Source: Camelus dromedarius (taxonomy: Eukaryota). From it: DNA of 64,000 bases. The notes beneath the pieces are model-generated. The model searched no databases. It saw only the letters and a program-made list of their open reading frames with translations, and was not told the DNA's origin. Positions 52,046 through 64,000 of the stretch are shown here, piece after piece (the stretch's first letter is position 1; every line of letters starts with the position of its first letter). Where the stretch lies: assembly GCF_036321535.1 (NCBI RefSeq), contig NC_087437.1, positions 55,366,001 through 55,430,000 on the forward strand, read 5' to 3'. Position numbers and translations under genes: made by a program.

Positions 52046-52799
52046 CATGAAAAACCTCACTGATTCAGTTATGAAAACAAAGGAAGCTGTCCAGTCTGGA
52101 GGAGAAATGACGTAAGCTGATCCATCACACAGCGGCAGAATCCCGACTGCTTACTCCACACTGTGTCTAGAGACATCAACCTGTAGATTGTAACTTTGAA
52201 TGGAACGGAGAGGTGATTTCCTCCTGCGAGGTGTTTAAGGAAAGTTACGGAGGAGGAATGTATGAATGAAAGGATAAACTGGGTGTAGTCCTTCAGATAG
52301 GCAAAGCAATTAGAAGAAGAGATCTCTAAAGAAGGAGTTAGAATATTTTGAATATTCTATTTAACCACATGTCTTCATCCAGAAGGTCTCTGAGCTGGAT
52401 CTGCAGCTTCCTGTGATCTCAGTGGTTGGGTGGGATTCCTATTGCAGAGGACAGGAAGGAGTAGTGGTATGAATACACTTTCTTTTCCGCTACTTGGGGA
52501 TTTTGCTGTTACTATAAATCCTATATCAGTGCCAGCTGTTTACGGAACTCTCACCATGTTAGACCAAAAGATATTTCAGATGATGGAGTGAGTTCTACTT
52601 AGCTTTGGGCCCATTGAGCCTTTCAAAGTATAGGGGAAAAAAATGTACTTGAAATAATAGTTAGGAAAAAATATATATCATAGCCTATGGGATGCAGTAA
52701 ATTTTAGAAGGACATGTGGCCTAGTCAGCAGAGCTTTTCATATGTTCATTACAAAAAAGAAACTATTTAAAAATTACCTGGTTCTCGTATTTGTAAAAC

Positions 52800-53240
52800 A
52801 GAGAAGCAACATTAAAGTAAAAAGAAAAGAAGAGAAAATAAAAATTAATAAAAATAACAGTAGAAGTAAGTGCAATAAACAAACAAATCATCTAAAACTT
52901 GATTCATTTTAAGGGAAAAAAAAGGAAGACAAAGCTATCATTAATATGAAAGCAGAATATTAGGCCCTAAAATCACTAATGTGAGGCAAAAATTGCTAAA
53001 ATTAGGAATGAAGAAGAGACAGAACCACTGTTGGAGAAGAGGTTAAAATAATCATAAGAAAACACCACAAATGATTCCATGGGAAAATACTTGACATCTG
53101 AAAGGAACAGGTGATTTCTTGCTAACATATAAAATGCACACACTAAGTCAGGAAGAAGAGAACTTGGTAAGACCTATCATCATGGAAAATATTAGAAAAA
53201 TAAGTCAAGGTCTACCAAAAGTGCATCAAAATTCATATCA
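52800..53240 (+). mobile_element. Very old L1 ORF2 fragment (linker after the endonuclease)
   Basis: A-rich segment aaaattaggaatgaagaagagacagaaccact...ataagaaaacaccacaaatgattccatggg resembles decayed IRNEKGDITTD...IREYYEQLYA coding sequence. Confidence 0.55.
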
Positions 53241-53949
53241 TTTCTTTCTTATTTGTAAGCACCTAAGATACTTCTAATGCCTTTTCAGCTTTTAGGGAAA
53301 AAAAAAATGTGAGTGTTGTGAGTGGAATGAGGCTCAAACCTAGTTCGTTTTATAGATGTATTAATAATAAGAAGTGAAGAACTTGCGGCTCTTTTTTATG
53401 TCCTTCTCACCCACTTCTCCCATCTTCCTACTCTCCTAAGTTGTAGCATAGAGACAAGGACGTACATCCTTTCCACATGGGCCTCCCTAGGGCTAAAGGA
53501 AAGCTGTGCAAATGGAGACTTGGAGAAGCCTTGGATGGTCCACTGAAGTGGAGTGGACGGGCGTAATGGAGAGAACACGGGACTTGCAAGCAGCCTGGTC
53601 TAGAGTACCAGCCCTACCATTGCTATTTCCATTACCTTAGGCACGTCAACTGCTCTGAACCTTAGAGTCTCTGTAGTATGGGGATGCTGAGATCTGCATT
53701 ATGGGGCCTTAATAAGGATTGATGGGTGTGATTCAGGTAGCAACCACTGTCAACTGCCTGCCCAACCACCACTTACCCTCTTCATCTATTCTAGGTGGAA
53801 CCAACTTTATTTACTATTGATGTTCTTCTGAGAAGTTGTGTGATTCAGAGCAGGTGATCTCTAGCCCTTGAGAGGAATGACTGGCAAACTTCCTTTCTTG
53901 GTAATGAAGGCTTGAGGCACGAATGTATGACCCAATTCAGGCCCAACAG

Positions 53950-54170
53950 CTAACACGTGATAGGACTTACTGTGGACCAGATGCTGTTATGAGGCTTTAC
54001 ATACATTTACATATATCCTACGAGGTAAATACTATTAATTAACCTCATTTTGTGAATGAGGAAACTGATGAACAGAGAGGTTAAGTAACTGATCCAAAGA
54101 AACACAGTTAATAATTAAGTGGTAGATCTGGGTTTAAACCCAGGAGTCTGGCCCCAAATTCTGTTCTCCT
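53950..54170 (-). mobile_element. MIR SINE
   Basis: cctcattttgtgaatgaggaaactgatgaacagagaggttaagtaactga...ctgggtttaaacccaggagtctgg. Confidence 0.8.
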
Positions 54171-54869
54171 AAATACCAAAAAATATTGCTTCTCACATAT
54201 GTGGAAGTCTGGGAGGACCATATATAATTTTATAAATATAAAATCAAAATGTAACTTTTTTTCATCTTCAGTACTTTCTAAATATAGATCAAATATTCAT
54301 TGTAAGCCTGGGTTTCACAAGGATGGAGCACTAGTTGAGCAGGCCAATTTTGTCCTCAATAACTTTAGCTTTCTGATTTGACTCTTTTTCCTGCTCGGGT
54401 GTCTACTAGCTTTATATTTTATCTTCTTTCCCCTGGGTCCAAACCAGCAGCCAGGAAAGACCTTGAAAGTCACCCACAAGGAAATTATCAATAGTTGCAA
54501 ACAGGCTAGAAGAGTTCCCCAACCCAGAGCCATGTCAGTAGGCATCACAGTGCTTTCCAAAATAAATGAAGCACAGACAGCGGAACTTTAAGCATCAGCC
54601 AGTGGATGAATGGTATTATTTTGGGCAGCGGGTCATCCAGGTGCTCCTGAAGTCAAATCTTGTAGGCGTTTTGTGTGTTCTTTCAGGATGCCAGGCCAAC
54701 TCTGGTTGCTGCTTCTGCACACCTTTATCTGCCTGGACACGCAGTTCCAAAAGCAGAGAGTGTGGGGGAGAGGGCATTAGACACGTGGTTTTCAGCCTTA
54801 TTTTGTTTTTATCTCATTTCTTCTTGGATCTCTTTCCTCTATCTCATTCTTTGTCTCTAAGCCTCTTTT

Positions 54870-54960
54870 GGCAGTTACTTCTCTCTCCCCCTCTCTCAAT
54901 CATCCTCTCACTCTCTCTCTTTCTCCCTCGCTCTCTCTTCATCTCTCTCTGTTTCAATCT
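54870..54960. repeat. CT-rich low-complexity / imperfect (CT)n tract
   Basis: Seen directly. Confidence 0.85.
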
Positions 54961-55888
54961 GTCTTCTTCTCTGACTTTCTTTTGTAGCTGCTCTAAAGAA
55001 ATCATAATTTCTGGATTTTCTACCAAACTATCTTGCGGGCACTTCAAGGACTATCTTTCCCATCTCCTTGTTTTGATTACTGCAAATAGGTATACACAGC
55101 TGGCCCCTTTTCTTTTCCAGTGAAACCACAACCCACTCAGCAAATCACTGCCTTTCGTTTTGCTGGCTGGAGAGAGAAAGGATCAGATAGGTGAGATGAG
55201 GATGTGGAAGGGCGATGGGAAGATAATGACAGATTTCATGTTAATTAATATTTTCTGTGTCTGAATAGTGAAAGTCCCGTCCAAGTCCCCCAGCCAAGCC
55301 CAAGTTAAACTCTTGGTGTGTGGGTTTAAGAGCTTTGCAACCTGGCATGCTGGGGCTGGTTTAGAGGGAGTGATGCTGTATACGTGGAATTTTGTGGTTG
55401 TCTTTTATTATTATTACTGAGTAAACCATGCATATCTAAAAAGGAAACTTTAAGTCAACCCACTCTCAAGGTGAATTAATGTATTCAGTCTGAGTTACCT
55501 CGCCCATAATTTAAATTACCAGAAGGTCTATGTCTTAATTATTAAAGGCTTTGGAGTTCCTCAATCATTCATTTTCATTTTTATATCAAACCTCAATTAT
55601 TTGTGCCTCATGTTTGTGCCTATTTTTTAAAGTAGTGGGACATCTTAGACCTGACAGACTGCTAATAATTTTCAGTTCCATTAAATAGGTATTCAGCTTC
55701 TTTCAGAGTTTAGTACTTGGAATGCCTCTTATGTGACTCTTAGGTTTTATTCTGGATTTTCTTTCAAAAAGCCAATGAATCTTTTCTTTTATATCAATAA
55801 TGAAAATAAATGAACAAAATATGATTTTCTTGTAATATGATTTTTTTTGGGGAATTTCAATGCTATGAATTAGAATGCTTTATTTTTT

Positions 55889-56039
55889 AATTAATTTTTT
55901 ATTGAAGTATAGTCAGTTAAAATGTGTCTATTTCTGGTGCACAGCAAATGTCCCAGTCATGTGTGTATATATACATGTATTCCTTTTCATATTCTTTTTT
56001 ATTAAAGGTTACTATAAGATATTGAATATAGTTCCCTGC
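55889..56039 (-). mobile_element. Short 5'-truncated young L1 3' end with ~18-bp TSD
   Basis: TAGA(A/G)TGCTTTATTTTTT at 55871-55888 and 56048-56065. Body ttttattgaagtatagtcag...gatattgaatatagttccctg. Confidence 0.88.
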
Positions 56040-57489
56040 TAGAGTGCTAGAGTGCTTTATTTTTTAATAAATATGCTTTACTATTCTACTATATAGAGTA
56101 AGTGAATGAAGTTAGAGTTTACTGATTATGAAATTTATGTTTTCAACAATTTCCTTAAAAACAATATTGAATAAAGTCATGGAAGTCAAGAGAGAAGGTA
56201 TTTTCATGATGGAGAATGGTTGGCAGTGACCAGTCCGTCATTCCATAAACATCTGTTAAAACTGATCATAGTAGTCACACCCACTCTTTCATTTAATCCT
56301 CATGACAACCCTGGGAGGTAAAAATTATTCTCTTCTTACTAGAAACAAGAAAAGTAAGGCATGGGGAGATTAAGTAACTTGCTTAGATCACAGAGCTAGA
56401 AACTAGCAGAGCCAGGATCCAAACCCAACTTGTGTGTGAAATAAATCAAAGATCTGGAAAGAGGGATTAATGCGTTAGACTCTGCCAGTTTTTTGCAACA
56501 GATGAGATTACTGGAGACATCCTTCATTCTCCTATGACCAGAAGTGTATTAAAAGCAGGGCAGATCAAGGACATTCAACAAAAGATGGATGCACAGATAT
56601 TATGAGGGCAGGTATCCGATGTGGTCCAACTCATGTTCCCTAGTTCTTGATCAGTGTTGCTCTGTTAACTTCAGGAAGAAAACTTTCCATGTCTTCTCCC
56701 CTCATTTTTTTCTTTCCCTTTCAAATTCCCCACTTTTTCTTAAGTACAAACTTGGTTATTCTTCTATAATACCAGTTGTCATGTTGTTGGGAGAAGAAGG
56801 GTATTACAAGAAGTTTGAAAAATGTAGATGGATTTGACTTGTCAATCTTTCTCTCCAAGACCTGCCAGGACCCAGATCTATGGACGGTGGATCTGTGGTG
56901 CTGTAGGGCTCCATTTGGTGAGTGCACTGCAGCTTTTCTGTGTCAGAGAGGGAAGGGCTCTTCCAGAATGTCCAACCCCATGTGTTCCACAGAATCACAC
57001 ACCTAAAAGAGGTGTCTGGCGCTCCAAGTCAATGAAGAAACATTAGACTGCATAAAGTCAGTTAGATCTCTTCCTGATACCCATCCAGAATGTCATTGGA
57101 CTAATGTGCGTTGAGAATGTCTAAAAGAGAGAAAGCTTTCCCAAAGTCCTCTGATCATAGAACTCTTCCTTTATAGAGACTTTCTGTGTGTAAATACCAC
57201 AGGCACTGTGCATAATTTATCTCATTCAAACAATAATCTTTTAAGGTGGGTGTTAACTCTGTTATACCTGAAAGTCAAAGAGGGTGATTCGCTTGTTCAA
57301 GGTGCTGCAGTTCTAGTGGTCCAGGTAGGATTTAAACTCAGGTCTTTAAACTCATGACTCTAAAGCCCATGGTCTACCTTTTATTTAATTCCGCCTTGTA
57401 CTTTCTCTGTAGAAGAGTTCTCTGACACTCCACATACGGTGATTTATTTTTTCTAAGTACTTTAGTCTACTTTTATCAGTTTATTAGCT

Positions 57490-57775
57490 TTTTTAAAAAT
57501 TTATTTTTATTGAAATGTAGTTGATTTACAATGTTAGTTTCAGGTGTACAGCAAAGTGATTCAGTTATATACATACATACATATATAATTCATATATTTT
57601 CAGATTCTTTTTCCATTATAGTTTATTGTAAGAAATTGACTTTAGTTTCTTGTGCTATACAATAGGTCCTTATTGTTTATCTATTTTATATGTAGTAATG
57701 TGTATCTGTTAATACCAAACTCCTAATTTATCCCTCCCCACCTTTCCTCTTTGGTAACCATATTTTGTTTTCTGT
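57490..57775 (-). mobile_element. Lineage-specific L1 3' end, 5'-truncated
   Basis: tttttattgaaatgtagttgatttacaatgttagtttcaggtgtacagcaaagtgattcag...ttggtaaccatattttgttttct. Confidence 0.88.
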
Positions 57776-57849
57776 ATTAGTTGTTGTCCAGCCCATTTCA
57801 GTCTTGCTTGTGTAAGGGCTCTGCTTTCAAAGGTGGAGCTTCAGAAGGT

Positions 57850-58325
57850 ACAGTCTGACCCCTAACTTGACTTATCTGCTATAACTTGCCCCCTAACTCA
57901 CCCTGCGGAAGATATGCTAGCTTCTTTGGTGTTTCTTAAAAAATGCCAAGCAAACACTCATTTCAGGGTCCCTGAATTTGCTGTCCTTTCTGCCTTGAAT
58001 GCCATTCCTCAGACAGCTTATGGATCAATCCCTCATTTTCTTCCAATTTCTGTTTAAATATCATTTTCCCAGAACCCAGATCACCTTATGGAAAAAAAAA
58101 TAATTCTCCCTGTTGTATTGATTTTTTGCTTTACCCTTTTTTTTTTTTTAAAATACCATACATTTCCACCACATATCATATATTTGTTTGTTTCTTGCCT
58201 GACTTCATGAGCCAGAGGGTGAGCTCCACAAGAGCTGGGACTTGTTTTGGTTCACTGTTGTGTCCCTGGGGTCTAGAAAGTGCCAGCCTGGAGTAAGAGC
58301 TCAATAAATAGTAGTTGACTGAAAC
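57850..58325 (+). mobile_element. L2 LINE 3' end
   Basis: Ends ttttggttcactgttgtgtccctggggtctagaaagtgccagcctggagtaagagctcaataaatagtagttgactgaa. Confidence 0.8.
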
Positions 58326-58789
58326 TAAGTCAGTAAATGTTTACTCTGCGTTAGCCCCACACCCAGGTCATAGGAGCAGATATCTCTTCCAAGCAGGATC
58401 AATCATATTCTCCCATCCAGGCACTAGGGATTGGAACTGAAAGACACTAGGTGGGAATTGAGAATTGGGATTGGTAGTAGAATGAGAAAATACATGGCAC
58501 CTTAGACTTGGAGGCCAGCCACATGCATGGAGGCAGAGGAAGGTCTCTGGCCTCTTTCCAAAGAGAGAATAATGATGAGGCTGCGCAGAGAGTTTAGTCA
58601 TAACAGACCATGTGGCCCGGGACAGAGGGAGATGGGACAGGGTGTCTGGGTTCCTGGGCAGCTTTCTACTTCCTGTTGTCTATTTCTTAGGAAGCCAGGC
58701 TGCATTTCTCTACCAAGTTTCGGCAGAGATCTCTGTATCCTTATAATAAGCTCTTTTTATTTAGGTGAGCTTGGGTGGTTTCATTGTAG

Positions 58790-59220
58790 GGATTTTTGTA
58801 GCTGCGAAGATTATCAGTGGCTTAAACACTGAAAAGTTCAGGGCTGGCATCTATGGTGGCTCCTGAGGCCATCAGGCATTCAGCCTCCTTTCGTCTTCCC
58901 ATTCTGTGGTACTTCACTTGAAGACCACGGCATTCTGCCTGTCACCTCATGGGAAGGATGGCGCTGCACCTCCTGGCCTCACTTCAGACAGGAAGACAGG
59001 GGAAGGAGGAAGAGGCAAAGAGTGTTTCTCCCTTTGAGGCTTTCCTTTTCATTTTGGGAAGAAAGTCTTCCTTGAGGAATTTGACCTATATCTCATTGTC
59101 CAGAAGAGTGACCCATTCCTAAACAAAGAAATCAAGTATTTTAGCTTTTTAGATTTCTGTATGAGGATGGCTGAGGAAAAGGAGGTTGTTAATGACTTTT
59201 GATTTGCTAGTCAACAGAGT
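58790..59220 (-). mobile_element. MaLR solo LTR (MLT1K/L-like)
   Basis: tagggatttttgtagctgcgaagattatcagtggcttaaacac...aggatggcgctgcacctcc...tatatctcattgtccagaa. Confidence 0.6.
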
Positions 59221-60979
59221 TTGACACAAACAACAGCCCCCAATAGCCTGTTTTGTACTACAGTGTTTAGCCTCAATTGCCCTCAATTGTTTTCTCTTTC
59301 CAATTTGAATGCGGGGCATTGGAAAACAAAAACAAAAACATATCTAATGCTTCTTCTGTGGCCTTCAGAGCACACAGTACAGTGCTGGACATATAACATG
59401 TATCTATATACAAATATGATTATGGATTTTCACTTGGTCTGAGAATCTTATTTTTCACAAAGGAAGGTTCAGCTTTATCCATATGATTTGCTATCTTCTC
59501 TGACTCCAGCAGCATTCCGTGGCTAACTTCGTGCCTTGATTCTTCTACAGCTCCATTGTAAGTACTTACTGGTTGCCCTGGGCCTTAACTTTCTTTTACA
59601 CATGTCTAACACAAGGCCATCTTCATAGTCAGTGCTCAATGGATTCGTAATAAGTGAACATATATGTCACCAAGCACCAGATCTCAGAACTCTCTGTGCC
59701 AGAGGGCCAGTTACTTACTGATTTATTAGTAAAGTTTAAATTGTATATTTTTCTAGAATTCAAATAAAAGTAAGGCATATAGTTTTCCTATAAATACCAC
59801 CAAATGCTTGTCTCTAAAAAGAACAAGACTATCAACTTTGCTGAAAGGTATTAACATTTTTATTTTAAGTGGTCATTTGCCAACGTTGTGATGATATACC
59901 TTGGATATGAGCACAGAGGAGAGGGGAAGAGGAAGCCAACAGATACGATGAGAAAAGAAACAAGAACTACCTTAGAGCCCCCAGGCAGTTCAAAGGGCGT
60001 TGTGATTCCTCCAGGAAAGCGTTTTTAATACCTGAGCCTTGTGCTCTGGGTCCTGATGATTTCAGAGGGGAAGTGGCCCGAACTGCTGGTGTTGCTGTAC
60101 TGTTCCAGGTGCTGTGGGCATCACGATATCTGTCAGTACGAATGTCAGTTTGGCTGAAGATGCTGAGCTAATGTTGCCTAGAAAAATCACCGGAGTTTTG
60201 CAATGAGTGTTTAAGATTTTAGCCTTTTCAACGTAGAGTCAAATCTTGAAAGCATGACTCAAATACGTTCATCTTTGTATATCTTCCCCCAACTTAAGGT
60301 ACGATTTTTAACAGAAAAAAAAATTAGGTGGGAGTATGGGGAAAGATAAAGAGAACTGAGTTCACAGTGATGAAGTGGGACTGTATTACCTAAGTCTGTA
60401 TTTGGGGAAATTGGCATTTTGATTTTTAACAGAAAGTTTATATCAGAAACAGTGACAGAGAAGAGAGAGAGAAAGAGAGAATGATGTGTACAAGGTGTGT
60501 GTGTACACCTCCAAATTTCAGCTAAATAATAAAATTAGCTTTCAGTTTTTTTTTTCAATTTGGACCAATAATGTAGCTGCTTCACTTTCTCTTTTTTTTA
60601 ATGAGTGATGTATTGTGTGTCACAGGCAGGTGCTGCCATTTGGGAAAAGCTGAGGTAGCAGAGTTTTATACTCTATTTAGCGCTTTCTGGAATCTGAAAT
60701 GAGATTGCAGTGGGAAGTAAGAACAGAGCTCCAAAGGGCAGCATATATTGTGGGAGGAAAGGAAAGATTAGTACAGCAGGAAGAACTACTGTGAGAAGTT
60801 ACACTATTCTCCATGTAATTCTGGGTTCCTGCTCATTTTTAGGAAGGGCAAGCCGGTCAGCCCATGATCACCAATCCCTACTAACACCCAGAGCCAGCTG
60901 TGTAAAGGACCCTGGGGGTGTGTACTCCACCTCTTCTTTTCTTCTGCCAACCTTGGGCCCCTTCCCAATGTCTTCTTTT

Positions 60980-61101
60980 TCAGGGGGCAGGGGAGGGTAA
61001 TTAGGTTATTTATTTATTTAATGGAGGGACTGGGGATTGAACTCAGGACCTTGTGCATGCTAAGCTCACACTCTACCACTGAGCTATACCCTACCCCCTC
61101 C
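60980..61101 (-). mobile_element. tRNA-Ala-derived camelid SINE (vic-1-like), antisense, with diverged 13-bp TSD
   Basis: The - strand reads gggtatagctcagtggtagagtgtgagcttagcatgcacaaggtcctgagttcaatccccagtccctcca then ttaaataaataaataacctaattaccctccc. TSD AATGTCTTCTTTT (60967-60979) vs ATTGTCCTCTTTT (61102-61114). Confidence 0.88.
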
Positions 61102-61901
61102 ATTGTCCTCTTTTGACTTCCTTTTCTCTTCCCACCTCAGCCAGGTCAGGGGCCCTCTTAGGCCCAACCCCAGGCAGAGGAAATCATTTTGAGCCAATCT
61201 GCCCATTCAAAAGTCCTAAATAGACTTCATTATCATGCAGGAGCAAAGTCACCTTTAAAAGGGCAGCTTGCTGCAGGGAAGGAAGGGAATTACTCAGACA
61301 TCACTGCGTGGATCCTCAAGCCACTGATTCACGTGCCTAAGACTCTGAGTTTGGAAAATAAGCAGCTGAAGATGGTTTTGAAAGAGATTCCAGCTTATTA
61401 TGAGGTGGCTGAGTTTCTGGGTGCCTGTGTCTGTCTATGAGACTTTTTTCTTTTTCCAGTTCCAAGCATTTAGGGAAAATTTTGTCCTGTGTCACTCACC
61501 AATGTGCATGGTAAGCCTTAGACTGAACACCTAGGCTGAAAATAGCTGATTGGACCTTCAGCAAGTGTGGGGGCCCAGGGATGGGAAACTCTCACTCCAC
61601 ACCTGCATTTCTTCCCCTTGTCTGTCTCCACCTGTGTGCCCCGCGGGCATCCCAGACTCAGCACATCATCTTCCCCCATCTCATGCTTCCCCAGCAAACC
61701 TGCTTCTCTTCTGGGGCCTTTATTTATGAAGATGGACTCATTATCTTCCCAATTATCCCAGCTTGAAAAAAATCAGTCATCTTTGACTTCTTCTTATTTC
61801 CCCCAACCCAATCAGGTTGTTCAATTTTGTCAAGTTTATCTTTGCTGTATTTCTCGAACCTAACCCTTTCCATGTCCACTGCGGGGTTCTTCCTTTGGGT
61901 C

Positions 61902-61990
61902 TTTTTTTTTTTTTTTAATAGAAGTATAGTCAGTTATAATGTGTCAGTTTCTGGTGTACAGCATAATGTTTCAATCATACATATACATAC
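61902..61990 (-). mobile_element. Very short young L1 3' end
   Basis: T tract followed by aatagaagtatagtcagttataatgtgtcagtttctggtgtacagcataatg; no clear TSD. Confidence 0.8.
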
Positions 61991-64000
61991 CTCTCACTTT
62001 AATGATTACGTCTGCTTCCTGACTGTGTTTCAATGTGGTGGTTAAGAGCCTACACTTTCCCCAGCCTTCTGCGCTGCTTTAAGTTCAGGTTCAGTGACTT
62101 ACTGACTCTAGAGTCTTCAGAATGTCTTTTATATTCTCTTTCCTTTGATTTCTTCATCTGTAAAGCAGGAATGATGATATTTTGTATTTCATAGGATCGT
62201 GGGAGACTATTTAAAGAGTCTAATACAAAATACAACACTAAATAAATATTAAGGACTATGAGATTATTAGATCTTCCTGCCTCCAGGGTCCACCAGTCCT
62301 CAGAGTCATGCAATTTAACACTATCAGATTATCTTCTTAAAATACCACTCTGATCAATCCATCACTCCACTCAAAATTCCACCAGTGATGCCCCAATTCC
62401 TCCTTATGCTTTACAAACTGAATTATAGAAGATCTCAGGTAACAGAGTTAGGCTAGGGGCTACGAGAAGCCACAGGATAAACATGGCCCATCTGCCTGAA
62501 GTCTCAGTTTTGATCAATGTTAAACGGTTTAGATTTTAGAATATTATTTTTTGTTAAAATCAACTCTGCAAACTAAATGCAGTAGGAAACATCATTATAT
62601 GATTTTGATGATACAACAAAACAAGAGATTGCAAATACATTTTCTGTTTATAGCCAGTGGCCTTGCCCTATGGCACTGGTGAACTTCCACTGGAAAATTG
62701 CGAGAAGCAGTAACATCCAGCTTCATAGCTTGATTCACAAGACCTTTGCAGTATGGTCCCAATCTAATTTACTGGTCTGTCTGTTCCTAGATCCCCTTTA
62801 TGTAATTCAAAACCTCGTCAAATCAGACATATCGGTGTTTCCTATACATGTCCCATCATTCCTCTGCCAAATAATGAACTCGCCTGGTTCCTTCCATGTG
62901 AACTGCTCTAAACCAGTTCACCACCGCCCCAACACTCGCACACATCGCGTGTACTTTCCTTTGCTCTAAATTCACTCATGTCTTACAGCCCAAGACTTGA
63001 TGAATTACTAAAGAGAGGTATGAAAGGTGACTTGAAAGTTTTGATCATTGAGCATCTTAACAGAGAAAGCTATGTTTTAAGCCCTGTTAGGGCTAAATAA
63101 ACAGATAAATATATTGCTTGTCATCAGTGGAATCAGCAATTCAGGGGCGGGTACTGATTAAAGAGAGGTTGAATCTCTTTGGAAGGAATAAGGTTTTGTG
63201 AAGGAGAAATCTCTGAATGATTCTGGGGCAGACAGTTGCCGTGTTTGATTGCAGACTGTTTTAGGTAGAGAAGAGGTTGGGTTGAGGCCATTTTGGAGAA
63301 CATTTGCAGATATCTTTGGAGTTATATAGACTGAATTTGATCTGATCTTGGTCTGACTTCTACAAATTTTGTGACTTTAGGTAAATTGACTTTCTGGGTC
63401 ATAGTTTCATCATCCAACAAATAGAAATAGTAATGAGGGTGTAAGAGTCAAATGAGATGATCTGTTTATATTTTAAAACACTTTATAAGTTTTAGTGGAG
63501 TTTCTTTATCTGTGAAATAGAGATAATAATATATCTTCATGTAGATTATTTAGAAGATCAAATGAGAAAGCTATGCAAATCATTTATAAAGTGTTTGAAA
63601 ATGTGATGCCAAAGGGAATAGGTATTAGTCATCATTATTTTCATCAACATTTTTATTACTATTCACAATCCACACCTATGAAAAGGTCTGATTTTATTAT
63701 GGTAGCATTTCAATTATGGCTTTGCCATTATTTTACAATTTAGGATTTCCAAGGGGTACTATCATGACTCCCTGAACACCTTGGCAAAATCTTCATCTCT
63801 GAAGTCAAGTTCTTAATTATTAGAGATTTTGACAGCTATCTTTCTTTTGCATAGTGCTTTGTTTATTTCAAAGGGCTCTCATAAATATTTATGTCATTAA
63901 CTCCTGGAAACAACCCTGATCATTAAGCAGGGTGAGAGTGATAAACACCAGTTCGAGATGGACACATTGTAGCCAGGGGCATTGTTTTTTGGCCATGGTC

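Noticed and set aside
53515-53555. TGG TCC ACT GAA GTG (WSTEV), matching five residues recalled from the next TPRG1 exon
   Set aside because: Flanking codons (ETWRSLG / EWTG) do not match, and there are no appropriate splice sites; judged coincidental.
54566-55123. Longest ORF in the track (185 aa, + strand)
   Set aside because: Leu/Ser/Phe-rich product driven by the CT-rich tract, and in a different frame from the candidate alternative exon at 54687.

Overview
This is mammalian genomic DNA, not prokaryotic. It is very probably camelid (camel/alpaca), inferred from tRNA-Ala(AGC)-derived SINEs of the vic-1 type and cetartiodactyl-type L1 3' ends. The whole window lies inside the TPRG1 (tumor protein p63-regulated 1) gene on the + strand. 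Two coding exons are present: 5667-5758 (92 nt) and 25810-25986 (177 nt). They splice in frame across a 20,051-nt intron and encode [89 protein letters not shown](K). The upstream exons and the next downstream exon were not found in the window. The rest is intron: old MIR, L2, L1M, MLT1 and DNA-transposon fossils, younger lineage-specific L1 3' ends and SINEs, microsatellites and five assembly gaps. No ORF in the supplied track is a credible protein. I found no well-supported novel biological system. The best second-look items are a tandem duplication that doubles a perfect STAT GAS motif, a twin-primed L1, a ~22-nt L1 insertion with a target-site duplication (TSD), candidate cryptic or alternative exons in the intron after the 177-nt exon, and two CpG-retaining patches. 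Repeat family names and human protein comparisons come from recalled sequences and need RepeatMasker/Dfam and BLAST confirmation. Repeat boundaries are approximate unless a TSD is given.
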